In this document: piece after piece, positions 8,943-19,400 of the stretch
Layout: each line of letters begins with the position of its first letter
How positions within the stretch are numbered: the stretch's first letter is position 1
Source of the DNA: Eledone cirrhosa
Taxonomy: Eukaryota
DNA: 64,000 bases
NCBI GenBank assembly: GCA_964016885.1
Contig: OZ024743.1
Location: 370,140,001-370,204,000, forward strand
Reading direction: 5' to 3'
Translations under genes and position numbers: made by a program
Notes under the pieces: model-generated
Seen by the model: the letters and a program-made list of their open reading frames with translations, nothing else
Told to the model about the DNA's origin: nothing
Database searches by the model: none

Positions 8943-11453
8943 ATGAAGAGAGAAACAAGCGGACGGACAGAGAAGAGAAGGGAAAAACTAAGTCAGACAT
9001 TCGAACACTACATTACAATGAAACTTATGCTTATTCATTTTTGGGGGTTTTTCTGCCTGTGTGTTTGTTTGTTTATTTGTGTTCGTCTACAGCGTGGTGA
9101 TAATGCCACACAAGAAAGAGGCAACGACTTGATCCCTGGGGCGGAACAAACTAAAACATTCTGGAGAGGAATATGGGAGCAGGATGTTAGACATAATGAC
9201 CAGGCAATGTGGATTGAGACAGTACAGAGGGAGATCGGTGAGCAGGCACACCAACAAACTGATTTGAGTATCACAGTTGAAACTCTTAAGGGGCAGGCCA
9301 AAAAACTAGCCAACTGGAAATCACCAGGCCCAGATGGTGTGCAGGGGTATTGGATTAAAAATTTAACATCCCTCCACCCGAAACTGACAACCATGTTCAA
9401 TGACTGCTTGATGTCAGGTGAGGTACCAGAGTGGTTGACAAAAGGTACCACAGTTCTGATAATGAATGACCGAATCAAGGGTAATGATGTTACCAACTAT
9501 AGACCTATCACATGTCTGTCCGTAATGTGGAAACTGCTGACGAGCATTGTGTCTGAGGAAATCTACCATCACCTCCACACAAACAACTTGTTACCGGACG
9601 AACAGAAAGGATGCCGAAAGAAGTCACGTGGTACAAAGGACCAGTTACTTATTGATAAGATGGTAATGGGGAATTGCAGGAGGAGACACACTGATCTTGC
9701 CATGGGATGGATAGACTACAGAAAGGCATTTGACATGGTGCCTCATTCTTGGATCACCAAAAGCCTGGAGATCTTCAAGGTGGCAGATAACATAAGACAG
9801 TTGCTGGGCAGGAGTATGAGGTCCTGGGAAACAGAGTTGACATCAACTGGAAAATCCTTGGGAAGCGTGAAGATCAAGAGCGGTATCTTCCAGGGAGATA
9901 GCCTGTCCCCTCTGTTGTTTGTCCTTGCCCTGATGCCCCTGACCATTATGCTGCGAAAAGTGAGAGCAGGATACAAGTTGGGAAAGGGAGAAATTACCAT
10001 CAGTCACCTCCTCTTCATGGACGATCTTAAGCTCTTCGGGAAGAGTGAGAAGGAGTTGGATGTGCTTGTTGACACTGTCCGTATTTTCAGCAGTGATATA
10101 TGTATGCAGTTTGGTATTAGTAAGTGTGGAGTCATTGTGATGAGGAGGGGTAGGTTGAGCAGAAGTAACGGAATCCAGATACCAACAGGTGAGATGATAA
10201 AGGAAATTGACTCTGAGGAAGGATACAAGTATTTGGGCGTTCTGGAGGCTGATGGCATAAAGAACAAAAAAATGAAGGAATTGTTAAGAACTGAATACAT
10301 TCGGAGAGTAAGGAGCGTATTGAAGTCACATCTGAACAGCAGAAATGCCATAAGTGCAGTAAATTCCCGAGCTGTGTCTATTATTAGGTACAGTGCGGGA
10401 ATTCTGAGATGGAATGTTGCTGAACAAAAAGAAATGGATAGGAAGACTAGGAAGCTATTGACTATCTACAACATGTTCCACAAGAGGAGTGATGTCGATA
10501 GACTCTACCTAAGGAGATCTGAGGGTGGAAGAGGTCTTATCAGCATAGAGGACTGTGTTCAGATGGAGAAAAACAACCTACACAAATACGTGACTGATAG
10601 TAAGGAGCCAATGCTCAGAACTGTACTGAAGGAGGGGACAATAGGCCAGGGGATGTCCAAGGAGGAAATAACATCAAGGAGAAAGAGCAGCCTTCAGGGA
10701 AAATCCCTTCATAGTACCTTCTTTGAGAAAACTGAATTTAGAGATCCACTGACATGGAACTGGTTGAAAAGAGGAGACCTCAAAAAGGCTACAGAAGGAA
10801 TGATAATGGCTGCGCAGGAGCAGGCCCTCAAAACGAAGTGGTTGAAACACCATATTTACAAGGAGGAGGCTAGCCCACTGTGCAGGATCTGTGGAGAGAG
10901 AGAGGAGACTGTGGCTCACATTGTATCCGAGTGTAAACACCTAGCCCAGATCCCCTATAAGGGCTGGAGACATGATGTGATGGGCAGGGTGATCCACTGG
11001 CACCTGTGCAAAGCAAACAATTTACCACATTCTGAGAAATGGTATGAGCATAAGCCAGAAGCGGTGATGGAGAACGATCAGGTGAAGGTGCTGTGGGATT
11101 TTAGGATACAGACGGACAAGAAACTGGAACACAATAGACCTGACCTGGTGGTTGTGGACAAAGAAAAAAGATCGTGTCTGATTGTGGATGTGGCCTGCCC
11201 ATTCGACACGAGAGTGCAAGAGAAGGAGAGGGAGAAAATTAACCGATACCAGGACTTAAAGTGGGAGGTAAAAAGGATTTGGAACTGCCATGAAGTCAAA
11301 GTGATCCCGATTGTCATAGGCGCACTGGGGACTATCTCCAAAAGTTTCCAGGGATGGTTAAAGAAAATCGGCCCCTCCACGCTTTTTGGAACGCTTCAAA
11401 AGGCATGCTTGCTGGGAACAGCAAGAACCCTTCGATACGTCCTGAATATCTGA
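8943..11453 (+). CDS. Uninterrupted RT-CCHC-RLE reading frame of an R4/Dong-like LINE; the first ~56 codons are flanking DNA
   Basis: Motifs WKSPGPDG, NYRPITCL, WIDYRKAFDMVPH, GIFQGDSLSPLLF, LFMDDLKLF, YKYLG, CCHC and RPD..D..EK. Confidence 0.9.
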   Translation: MKRETSGRTEKRREKLSQTFEHYITMKLMLIHFWGFFCLCVCLFICVRLQRGDNATQERGNDLIPGAEQTKTFWRGIWEQDVRHNDQAMWIETVQREIGEQAHQQTDLSITVETLKGQAKKLANWKSPGPDGVQGYWIKNLTSLHPKLTTMFNDCLMSGEVPEWLTKGTTVLIMNDRIKGNDVTNYRPITCLSVMWKLLTSIVSEEIYHHLHTNNLLPDEQKGCRKKSRGTKDQLLIDKMVMGNCRRRHTDLAMGWIDYRKAFDMVPHSWITKSLEIFKVADNIRQLLGRSMRSWETELTSTGKSLGSVKIKSGIFQGDSLSPLLFVLALMPLTIMLRKVRAGYKLGKGEITISHLLFMDDLKLFGKSEKELDVLVDTVRIFSSDICMQFGISKCGVIVMRRGRLSRSNGIQIPTGEMIKEIDSEEGYKYLGVLEADGIKNKKMKELLRTEYIRRVRSVLKSHLNSRNAISAVNSRAVSIIRYSAGILRWNVAEQKEMDRKTRKLLTIYNMFHKRSDVDRLYLRRSEGGRGLISIEDCVQMEKNNLHKYVTDSKEPMLRTVLKEGTIGQGMSKEEITSRRKSSLQGKSLHSTFFEKTEFRDPLTWNWLKRGDLKKATEGMIMAAQEQALKTKWLKHHIYKEEASPLCRICGEREETVAHIVSECKHLAQIPYKGWRHDVMGRVIHWHLCKANNLPHSEKWYEHKPEAVMENDQVKVLWDFRIQTDKKLEHNRPDLVVVDKEKRSCLIVDVACPFDTRVQEKEREKINRYQDLKWEVKRIWNCHEVKVIPIVIGALGTISKSFQGWLKKIGPSTLFGTLQKACLLGTARTLRYVLNI

Positions 11454-11527
11454 GGCTGCAGGTAGTGGCTTGATATTCATTCCAACGGACTTTCCAGTTA
11501 ACTAACATCAATGACTGAGATTCAAGG
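9112..11527 (+). mobile_element. 5'-truncated R4/Dong-like LINE (family D1) with (AAT)n tail 11528-11600
   Basis: Homology to 22276-24647 begins at about 9112. 3' UTR nearly identical to that of 7121-8261. Confidence 0.92.
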
Positions 11528-11539
11528 AATAATAATAAC

Positions 11540-11600
<61 letters not shown>

Positions 11601-12407
11601 TTCAATTTTGTATTATAAATTTTATATTAAAAAAAAAAAATGGTTGTAAATGGAAGAAAAAAAACCCTCTGTCTACACTACATAGAACAGCCAAATAACA
11701 GCAATCTCACCAACACCACAAACTAGATACACCCCCTATCCCATCAGCCCTCTGTGTACACTAAATACAACAGCCAGATAAGGGCAATTTCACCACCACT
11801 ACCACCAATCCCAGCATAATAATAATAATTACTATTATTATTGTCTCAAGTTTTCACAAAATGTTTAATCCAATATTAAGAAAATATGTCAACACATATA
11901 TTAAACATACGCGACAAACCGCATAGATACACAGATCAAACAAAATACAGTCTATTCAACAAAACTCAGTAACAACAACGCCATCACTATAGTCACCGCC
12001 GCCACCACTTCATCCATCATTGCTACCACTATCCCATCACCGCCGCCACCACTCCTTCATTGCTACCACCACTATTCCCCTATTACCTTCTGTTAACTTA
12101 AGAAAGGGGAAGGTGGCGGTATAACTAGACAAGGGAGAGGCTAGCAAAAGATATAAATAGATTGACTTAGTGACCCGGCCACCGGCCAAAAGTCAATGAC
12201 TATGGCACTGCTGGCTCCCCCCTTCCCCACTAACAATAGAAAAAGCCCCAGCACCACCACCGACATAGCCAACAACAATAACAGGCAACTTCAGCAAAAA
12301 GTATATTATGTTATTAATAATTTCATTCTTAAGCCACGCAATGCTCACTTTAAGGAACCACTCATGATAATAACAATTTAAAAAAACAACAAAAAAGAAA
12401 ACCCCGT

Positions 12408-12495
12408 GACCAAGAAATACCGGGTGGAGGCCGGCGGGGAATAGCCGTGTCTCTAGGGGAGGACGACTCCTCTAGTCTTGGTTGACACTCGTCCT
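12408..12495 (+). ncRNA. Candidate HDV-like self-cleaving ribozyme at the 5' end of the R4/Dong-like element
   Basis: Nested pairings P1 GACCAAG/CTTGGTT (terminal G-U), P2 AGGACG/CGTCCT, P3 ACT/AGT around CCTCT. P1.1 and J4/2 are non-canonical. Confidence 0.4.
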
Positions 12496-15400
12496 AGAAG
12501 TGGTAACACGAAATGATTACCCCTGGGCGGATAAGGATAAAACGCGACAAAATAAAGTAAATGTCAAATGATAAAATCTCATACCGGATCGGCCGTCACC
12601 CGGGTAAAAAAGGGCCGCGTCCCTCAGAGAGGAACCAGACTGGGGTCGAAAAATCAGCTAATGGTTCAAACCTTCCAATCACTTCGGAGCTGGAGACCTC
12701 CCATAACCGGAATACTCCTATTGTTGGCCCTCCATGCTCACCACCAAGAAATCCAAAGAAAAAGAGAGAAAATGGTCAAGGGAAGATAATAAAGAAGTCC
12801 TTGAGGCTTTCTACACTGCCATGTACTACCCATCAAATACATCGAATACAGAACAGACGTATATCAACTGGAAAAAGAAACATCCCGAAAACAGAGGCTA
12901 TATTGTCAGTAACAAACTAGCCAATATACGAAGAAATATTGTAAAAAAAAGTTACTAACTGATATAGAAATTGATCAGATCAAGCTATTAGCACAAAGTC
13001 AGCGAAGGGAAAATGAAACGTGTCAGTGAAAACGAGGTAAATTGTAACACTTCGAATCTCAGGGTTGGGGCGGAATCACTGACAACAGAACAAATTAAAG
13101 AAAGGATCGAAAAAGTGGAGGGAGTGCATGCTCAAGATGAAACTCAAAATGAAAACAATGACATCGTAAATGATAAAGAAATGAATGAGAATGAACTTGC
13201 CAACTTGAAGAATGAAATTAGGATCGAATGGATGAAAATGAAAGAATCTGACATGGGGGAACGAGACACCCTCCCTAAGATCCAGAACTCCAAACAGAAC
13301 CAAAAGATAATACACAAGACTAACATAATTCTCAAAAACATTATCATCACAAACAAACTAAACATTACTGATTTAAATCATCTCTATTATGCATCGGCTA
13401 AAGTCACCACTCACTTATGTGGAGTGAAAATGAAAAAACAAAGGAATTGCCACAAGAAATCTACTTGGCAAGAGAATATCGATCGCCAAATAAACCTTCT
13501 CCGATCTGACATAGAAATTTGAACAAACTATAAAGTAGGTGAACATGTTAAACAAACTAAACTTAGAAAATTGAAAAGAAAGGACAGTATAAAATCAACA
13601 AGTGACATAGACATGCTGATAGAAATAATCAAGCAAAAAGTGTCGGCCAAAGCTGCTCGTATAAGGCGCTTTGAAAAACGATCTAGATTCTATAAGGACA
13701 ATAATATGTTCAAAAACAACCAAAGAAACATCTACAGAAAAATTGGTAAGTCAACAATAACTGCTAAATCAATACCACCCAAGGAGGAAGTGCAAGAATT
13801 CTCAGAAAAGATCTGGGCCGAAGAAAAAGTTCATAATATACATGCCCCATGGATAGACAGACAAATGAAAGATACAGCTCACCTTGAGGAACAAATATGG
13901 CAAAATATAACAGTTGAACAGTTGCGTTTGGCTCTTAGAAAAACGAGCAAATGGAAATCCCCAGGAAAAGACAAAATACCAATTTTTTGGATAAATGCCT
14001 TCACAGAGTCTCATGAGCTGTTAGCCCAACTTTACAATGAAATAGTTAAGGAGCCAGAAAAGATACCATCATGGCTATTTAACGGCATTACATTCCTGCT
14101 TCCGAAGAATGATGAGACAAACAATCCCAAAAATTACAGACCGATAACTTGCTTGACCACAAAGTATAAAATTTTAACATCAGTCCTAACTGAATACAGA
14201 TATGACCACCTGATAACAAATGATCTATTTCCCATTGAGCAGAAAGGGTGTAAACGAGGCTCACGTGGCTGTAAGGATCAGCTTTTGATTAACAAAATGA
14301 TACTGGAAGATTGTCATAATAGACAAAAAATCTATCAATTGCTTGGATAGATTATAAAAAAGCATTCGATAGTTTGCCACACAGTTGGATTGAAAAATGT
14401 TTAGAGATTTTCAAAATATCCCCCGTTTTCAGGAGGTTTTTGTCATTCAGTATGAAGACATGGAAAACGACACTCCTTTTGAATAGTGAAACAAAATCAC
14501 TGGAAGCTGGAGAAGTTAATATTAATTGTGGAATTTTTCAGGGTGACTCTTTATCACCGCTTTTATTCTGCATCGCACTTATACCATTAAGTAAAATGCT
14601 CAATGAAACAAAACATGGATATAAAGTCTATGACAAAACCATTAATCAGTTGTTCTACATGGATGACCTGAAACTATTTGCAAAAAATGATGAACAATTG
14701 CAAGTGCTATTATCCACTGTGGACAGTTCAGTGATGACATTAAAATGGAGTTTGGACTAGACAAATGCGCCAACGCAACGTTCACCAGAGGAAAGCTGCT
14801 GAAAAGTTCAGACATTAAACTTGATCGGGGGAATGTGATAAGAGAACTTGATCAAGAGGAAATTTACAAATATCTAGGTGCTTGTGAATGAGACGGAATC
14901 AAGCACTCGACAATGAGGGAAAGGATAAGGAAGGAATGTTACCGCAGAGTAAGAGCAATCTTAAGAACGGAATTGAATGCAAGGAATAGGATCGATGCCA
15001 TAAACACGCTTGCCATACCAGTGGTAACCTACAGTTATAATGTCATCAACTGGTCAAGAACAGAGATCCGTAGGCTCGATACAAAAATTCGAAAATTCTT
15101 AACCATGCACAGAATGCATCACCCTAAGGCAGAAACAGATAGAATATATCTCCCTAGGAAAGAAGGAGGACGTGGGTTAAACCAGTTAGACATTGCGTTG
15201 AAAACTGCAACAATTGGATTATCTGCATATCTAAGGGAATCACATGATTGGATGATCAAACTCGTTTTGAAACACGAAAGCATCAAAAGATCATACTCCA
15301 TTACAAAAGATGCACAAATATACAGTAATGGACTACAAATTTCAGAAGTCCCATTTACTGCTGAAATGGAAAACACAGAAAAAGCAAAGCAGGTAAAAGT

Positions 15401-16355
15401 AACTGCAAAGAAAGAACTGCTACACAAACTGGCTAAGAAATGGCAAGAAAAGCCTCTGTATGGAAAATACTCAGAACGAGCTAACAATCCTGATGTTGAC
15501 AAAACTTTAACCCATCAGTGGTTGGTATCCTCTGAACTGAAATCGGAGACTGAAGGTCTGATTATATCAGCACAAGATCAGTGTCTGCCAACAAAAAATT
15601 ACCAAGCCAATTAATAAAAAATGGATGCAGCCCATTATGCCGTGTATGTAAAAAACAACCAGAGACCATTGCCCATATAATTTCAATGTGCAGTCCTATA
15701 GCTCCAACCGAATACCTAAACAGGCATGACAGAGCTGCACAATACATACATTGGATAATGTGTAAGAATTTTGACCTGCCCCATCAAAAGAATTGGTGGG
15801 AGCATCAACCACCTCCCATATTTGAAAAAGATCACATCTCAATCTTGTGGAACTTTAGCATCCAAACAGACCGAAAAATAGATGCAAATAGACCTGATAT
15901 AATACTGAAGGACTTTAAAAAGAGGGTATGACTGCTAATTGATATGTCCGTTCCAATAGACAAGAATGTATCTATAATAACATTTGAAAAATTGAGCAAG
16001 TATAAGGACCTGGAGATAGAAATTGGAAAAATGTGGAAATTGAGAACTAAAACAATACCAGTGGTTGTAGGCGCTCTAGGAATGATACCTAAGGGGTCTA
16101 ATGATTACTTATCGCAAATCCCAGGAAGCCCGCGTATAGGAGAAATACAAAAGATAGTACTAATGGGAACTGCCAATATACTAAGGAAGATTCTGTCATT
16201 ATAAGTACATCACATTATAAGTACATCACATCACCTAAAGATGCATGTGTGAGTATGTGTTCTTTCTTGAACATGGCGGACCTTGTTGTCTCTTGAGGTC
16301 ACTGGTTGTGACTTGGTGATAACTCGTATGAACATAAAACAAGATAAATGCAGCT

Positions 16356-16356
<1 letters not shown>
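12408..16356 (+). mobile_element. Probably full-length, frameshifted R4/Dong-like LINE (family D2) with (TAA)n tail 16357-16405
   Basis: ORF pieces 12561-16204 with WSREDNKEVLEAFY, WKSPGKDKI, NYRPITCL, GIFQGDSLSPLLF, FYMDDLKLF, CRVCKKQPETIAHIISMC, RHD and NRPDIIL. Confidence 0.9.
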
Positions 16357-16405
<49 letters not shown>

Positions 16406-16406
<1 letters not shown>

Positions 16407-19400
16407 TTTTCTTTATTAACCACAAGGGTTTACATAAAGTAGACATTAAGGAGAGTACAGGACAATACAGGACGGTACAAATGGGCATTTATGCGTGTAA
16501 AAAAACAGAGGATGTAATAAAATGACAAAGAAAAATTCCCCAATAGGGGGGAGACGTCCGAGGGACATTTGTGGAGAAAGTCCATTAAAAGACCACAGTG
16601 ACACTGACCACCAGGGCAAGTGCCCTCTCCCAGTTTTCCAGCTTTAATTTACAGACACATACTCAGAGAAGTCCCATTCATTCGGGCCATACTTGCTTCT
16701 CTCACCCATCTTGCAACAAAATGCTGGGAAGAGAGCACTTCCCTCTCTACCCTGATTTTCCTTTTCAAATGAGGTAAGTGCTCGTCTTCAGCCCTTTCAA
16801 ACGTGTCCACCATACTATCTCTTTCGCCATGGCCACCAGACAGATAAAAACTGCCTGCCCTTCCCGGCTAAAGGAAGAGGGCGGGGCAATCCTCACGATG
16901 GACTCAGCTGATAGCTGGATCCGTCCTACACGTGACAGCAGGTGTTCGATATAAACCCACAAGTCAGCAATGCTCGGACACTGGACGAGTGCGTGCAGGA
17001 CGGTTTCGTCGCCCTGTGCGCATCTCGGACATGCCCGGCTGACGGCACCTCCATACCTGTAGAGTTTATCCCGAACTGGCAAAGCTCCCCGGTAGCACTG
17101 CCAGGCCAGGGATTTCTGGAAGTTGTCCATAGACCCCGGCCCGAAAGTCCTTCCAAAAAGATTGGCTAGTTGATTTTCGTCGACGCCTAGAGTTTCTCCA
17201 AGTACGTCGTCGCTCTTACCCTCCACTAATCCCCTATAGAACGCCAAGGTGGAGTTTCCACCGATCACATTGCCCGATTGGTCGAGGGCTGTGAGCGCCT
17301 GAAGACATTCCAGTCTCCAAGCGCTCCCTCTCGGTCTTCGCTTGACCCAGGACTGCAGCTCCGTCAAGGAGACGAGCTGGGGAAAAACGTGTCTAGCAAA
17401 CGGCGACCACACCTGATCACCGTCGAGGAAGAGGTGGAGATGTCGTAGCCTGAGCGCGTGTCTGCGCATCATCAGCCACTGCATGCCCAACCCCCCACGT
17501 AGCGGGTGTTGACAGCAGATGGACCGCCTGACCATCGGAGCGCGTCCCTTCCACAAGAAGCGAAAGAGCAAACGCTCCAGCGCAGTCAGGCGGGGCTTAG
17601 GACAAGGTACGATGGTCAGGCGGTAGTAGATGATGGACGCGATGTACGCGTTAGCCACCTCCGCTCGACCTTTCAGGGATAGCTTCCTCTCGGCCCATTT
17701 CTGGGTGAGAGAAGCCACCCTGCTCGTCACCTCGTCCCAGTTTTTGTCCGTCTGGAGGTCTGGACCGAACCAGATCCCTAGCAATTTAACCGGTCCGTCC
17801 GTCCAGCGCCCGACGACGCTGTTGGACAGCATGGACCTGCCTCTCCAGGTGCCGAGCTGCAGGCCCACTGACTTTTCTTGGTTGATCATTGCTCCTGTCA
17901 CCGCTTCGTATTCTCTTAGTGTAGTGCCGATCGCCTCGATGTGTTTGGCGTTCGACACCACTACGGTGACATCGTCGGCATATGCTGACACGGATCTTCC
18001 GCATCCTAGTTCACGCGGGACCCCCCTCAACGTCTCCAGTTTATGCAGTAATGGCTCGAGAGTCAATAAGTACAATAGGGACGAGAGGGGACATCCTTGG
18101 CGGACCGAGCGCATGATGTTGAACGGTTCCGAAAGGTGACCGTTCACTCTCACTACAGAGCAGATGTCGCTGTGCATGGCAGCGATCCAGCCTCTGAAGA
18201 CGGGCCCAAAGCCAGCCGCCCTCAGGACTGCCGCTAGGTAGCGATGGTCGACCCTATCGAAGGCTTTCGACTGATCTAAATTGATCAAAGACCCACCCGT
18301 TCCAGGTTCCCTAACTACCCTCTCTACGATGTATCGCATGAGGTGGAGGTTGTCGTGGATGGATCTGTAGGGAATGGCGCATGTCTGTGCCTCTCCCACC
18401 AGACCACCAACGACAAGCGCCAACCTCTTTGCTAGCACCTTGGCCAAAATCTTGAACTCTGTGTTTAGCAGAGTTATGGGCCTAAAATTATGTATGTTAT
18501 CCCCCTTGTTCGGATCCTTTCTCAGCAGCGCCACCGCTCCTCGGCTCACAGAGCTGGGAATTCTCCCGTTCTGTTGCCAGTTGCAGTAGACGTCCGCCAA
18601 GAGGCCTCCGAACAAGTCTGGCATTTGTACGTAAAGTTCAAAGGGCAGACCATCCAAACCAGGCGATTTACCCCTTGTGCAGCCAGTCATTGCCTCCCGT
18701 ACTTCAGCGGCTGTTATCGGCTTTTCGCAACACTCCGCCTCAGTGGCTGAGAGCCGCAGCAGTCTGTCGAGGTAGACACTAAAGTCCACCCATCGATCCG
18801 GCCCACCGCTGCCCCCGAACAGTTGAGCGAAGTGTCGCTGAAATGCTTCACACATTTGCCCGGGATCGAGTAGCATACGCTGAAAAGCTTCACACATTTG
18901 CCCGGGATCCAGGAGCCGGGTCTTCGTCTATGAAGCCTATCTAAGACAAGCACACAGATCACGAATTTGTGGTCCGTGTAGCTGACTATCTTGAATTGTG
19001 GACAGCCTATGCTAGACCTATCTATTTCCCTACAAAATATTCTATCTAGATATGATCTGGATGACCCTATGCGATTTGTCCAAGTCCACATTGGTACTTT
19101 CGGGAAATCCAATCGGTACCTGTCAGACAGTTCAAAACGCCTGAGCAGGTTGGTGAGACTCTTGCACCCTCCTCCCCTTTCCACTAATCCTACACAATCC
19201 CAGCGTGCATCTAAGATCCCGTTCCAGTCGCCCACTAACACTAAAGAGCGGGACGTTCCAAGAAAGGTCTCCAGACGCCGCAAGAAATCAGGCCGCCCTG
19301 CACCTGTCGAAGCATAGACGGCCACTAACCTGAAAGCTTGCCCATCTCCGCTGGTAACGTCCAGCACCACCAACTTACTTCTGGGTCCAGGAAGATGGCC

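Noticed and set aside
8943-9111. N-terminal extension of the 836-aa ORF as a real domain
   Set aside because: Low-complexity flank with no homology to the longer D1 copy at 22099-22280.
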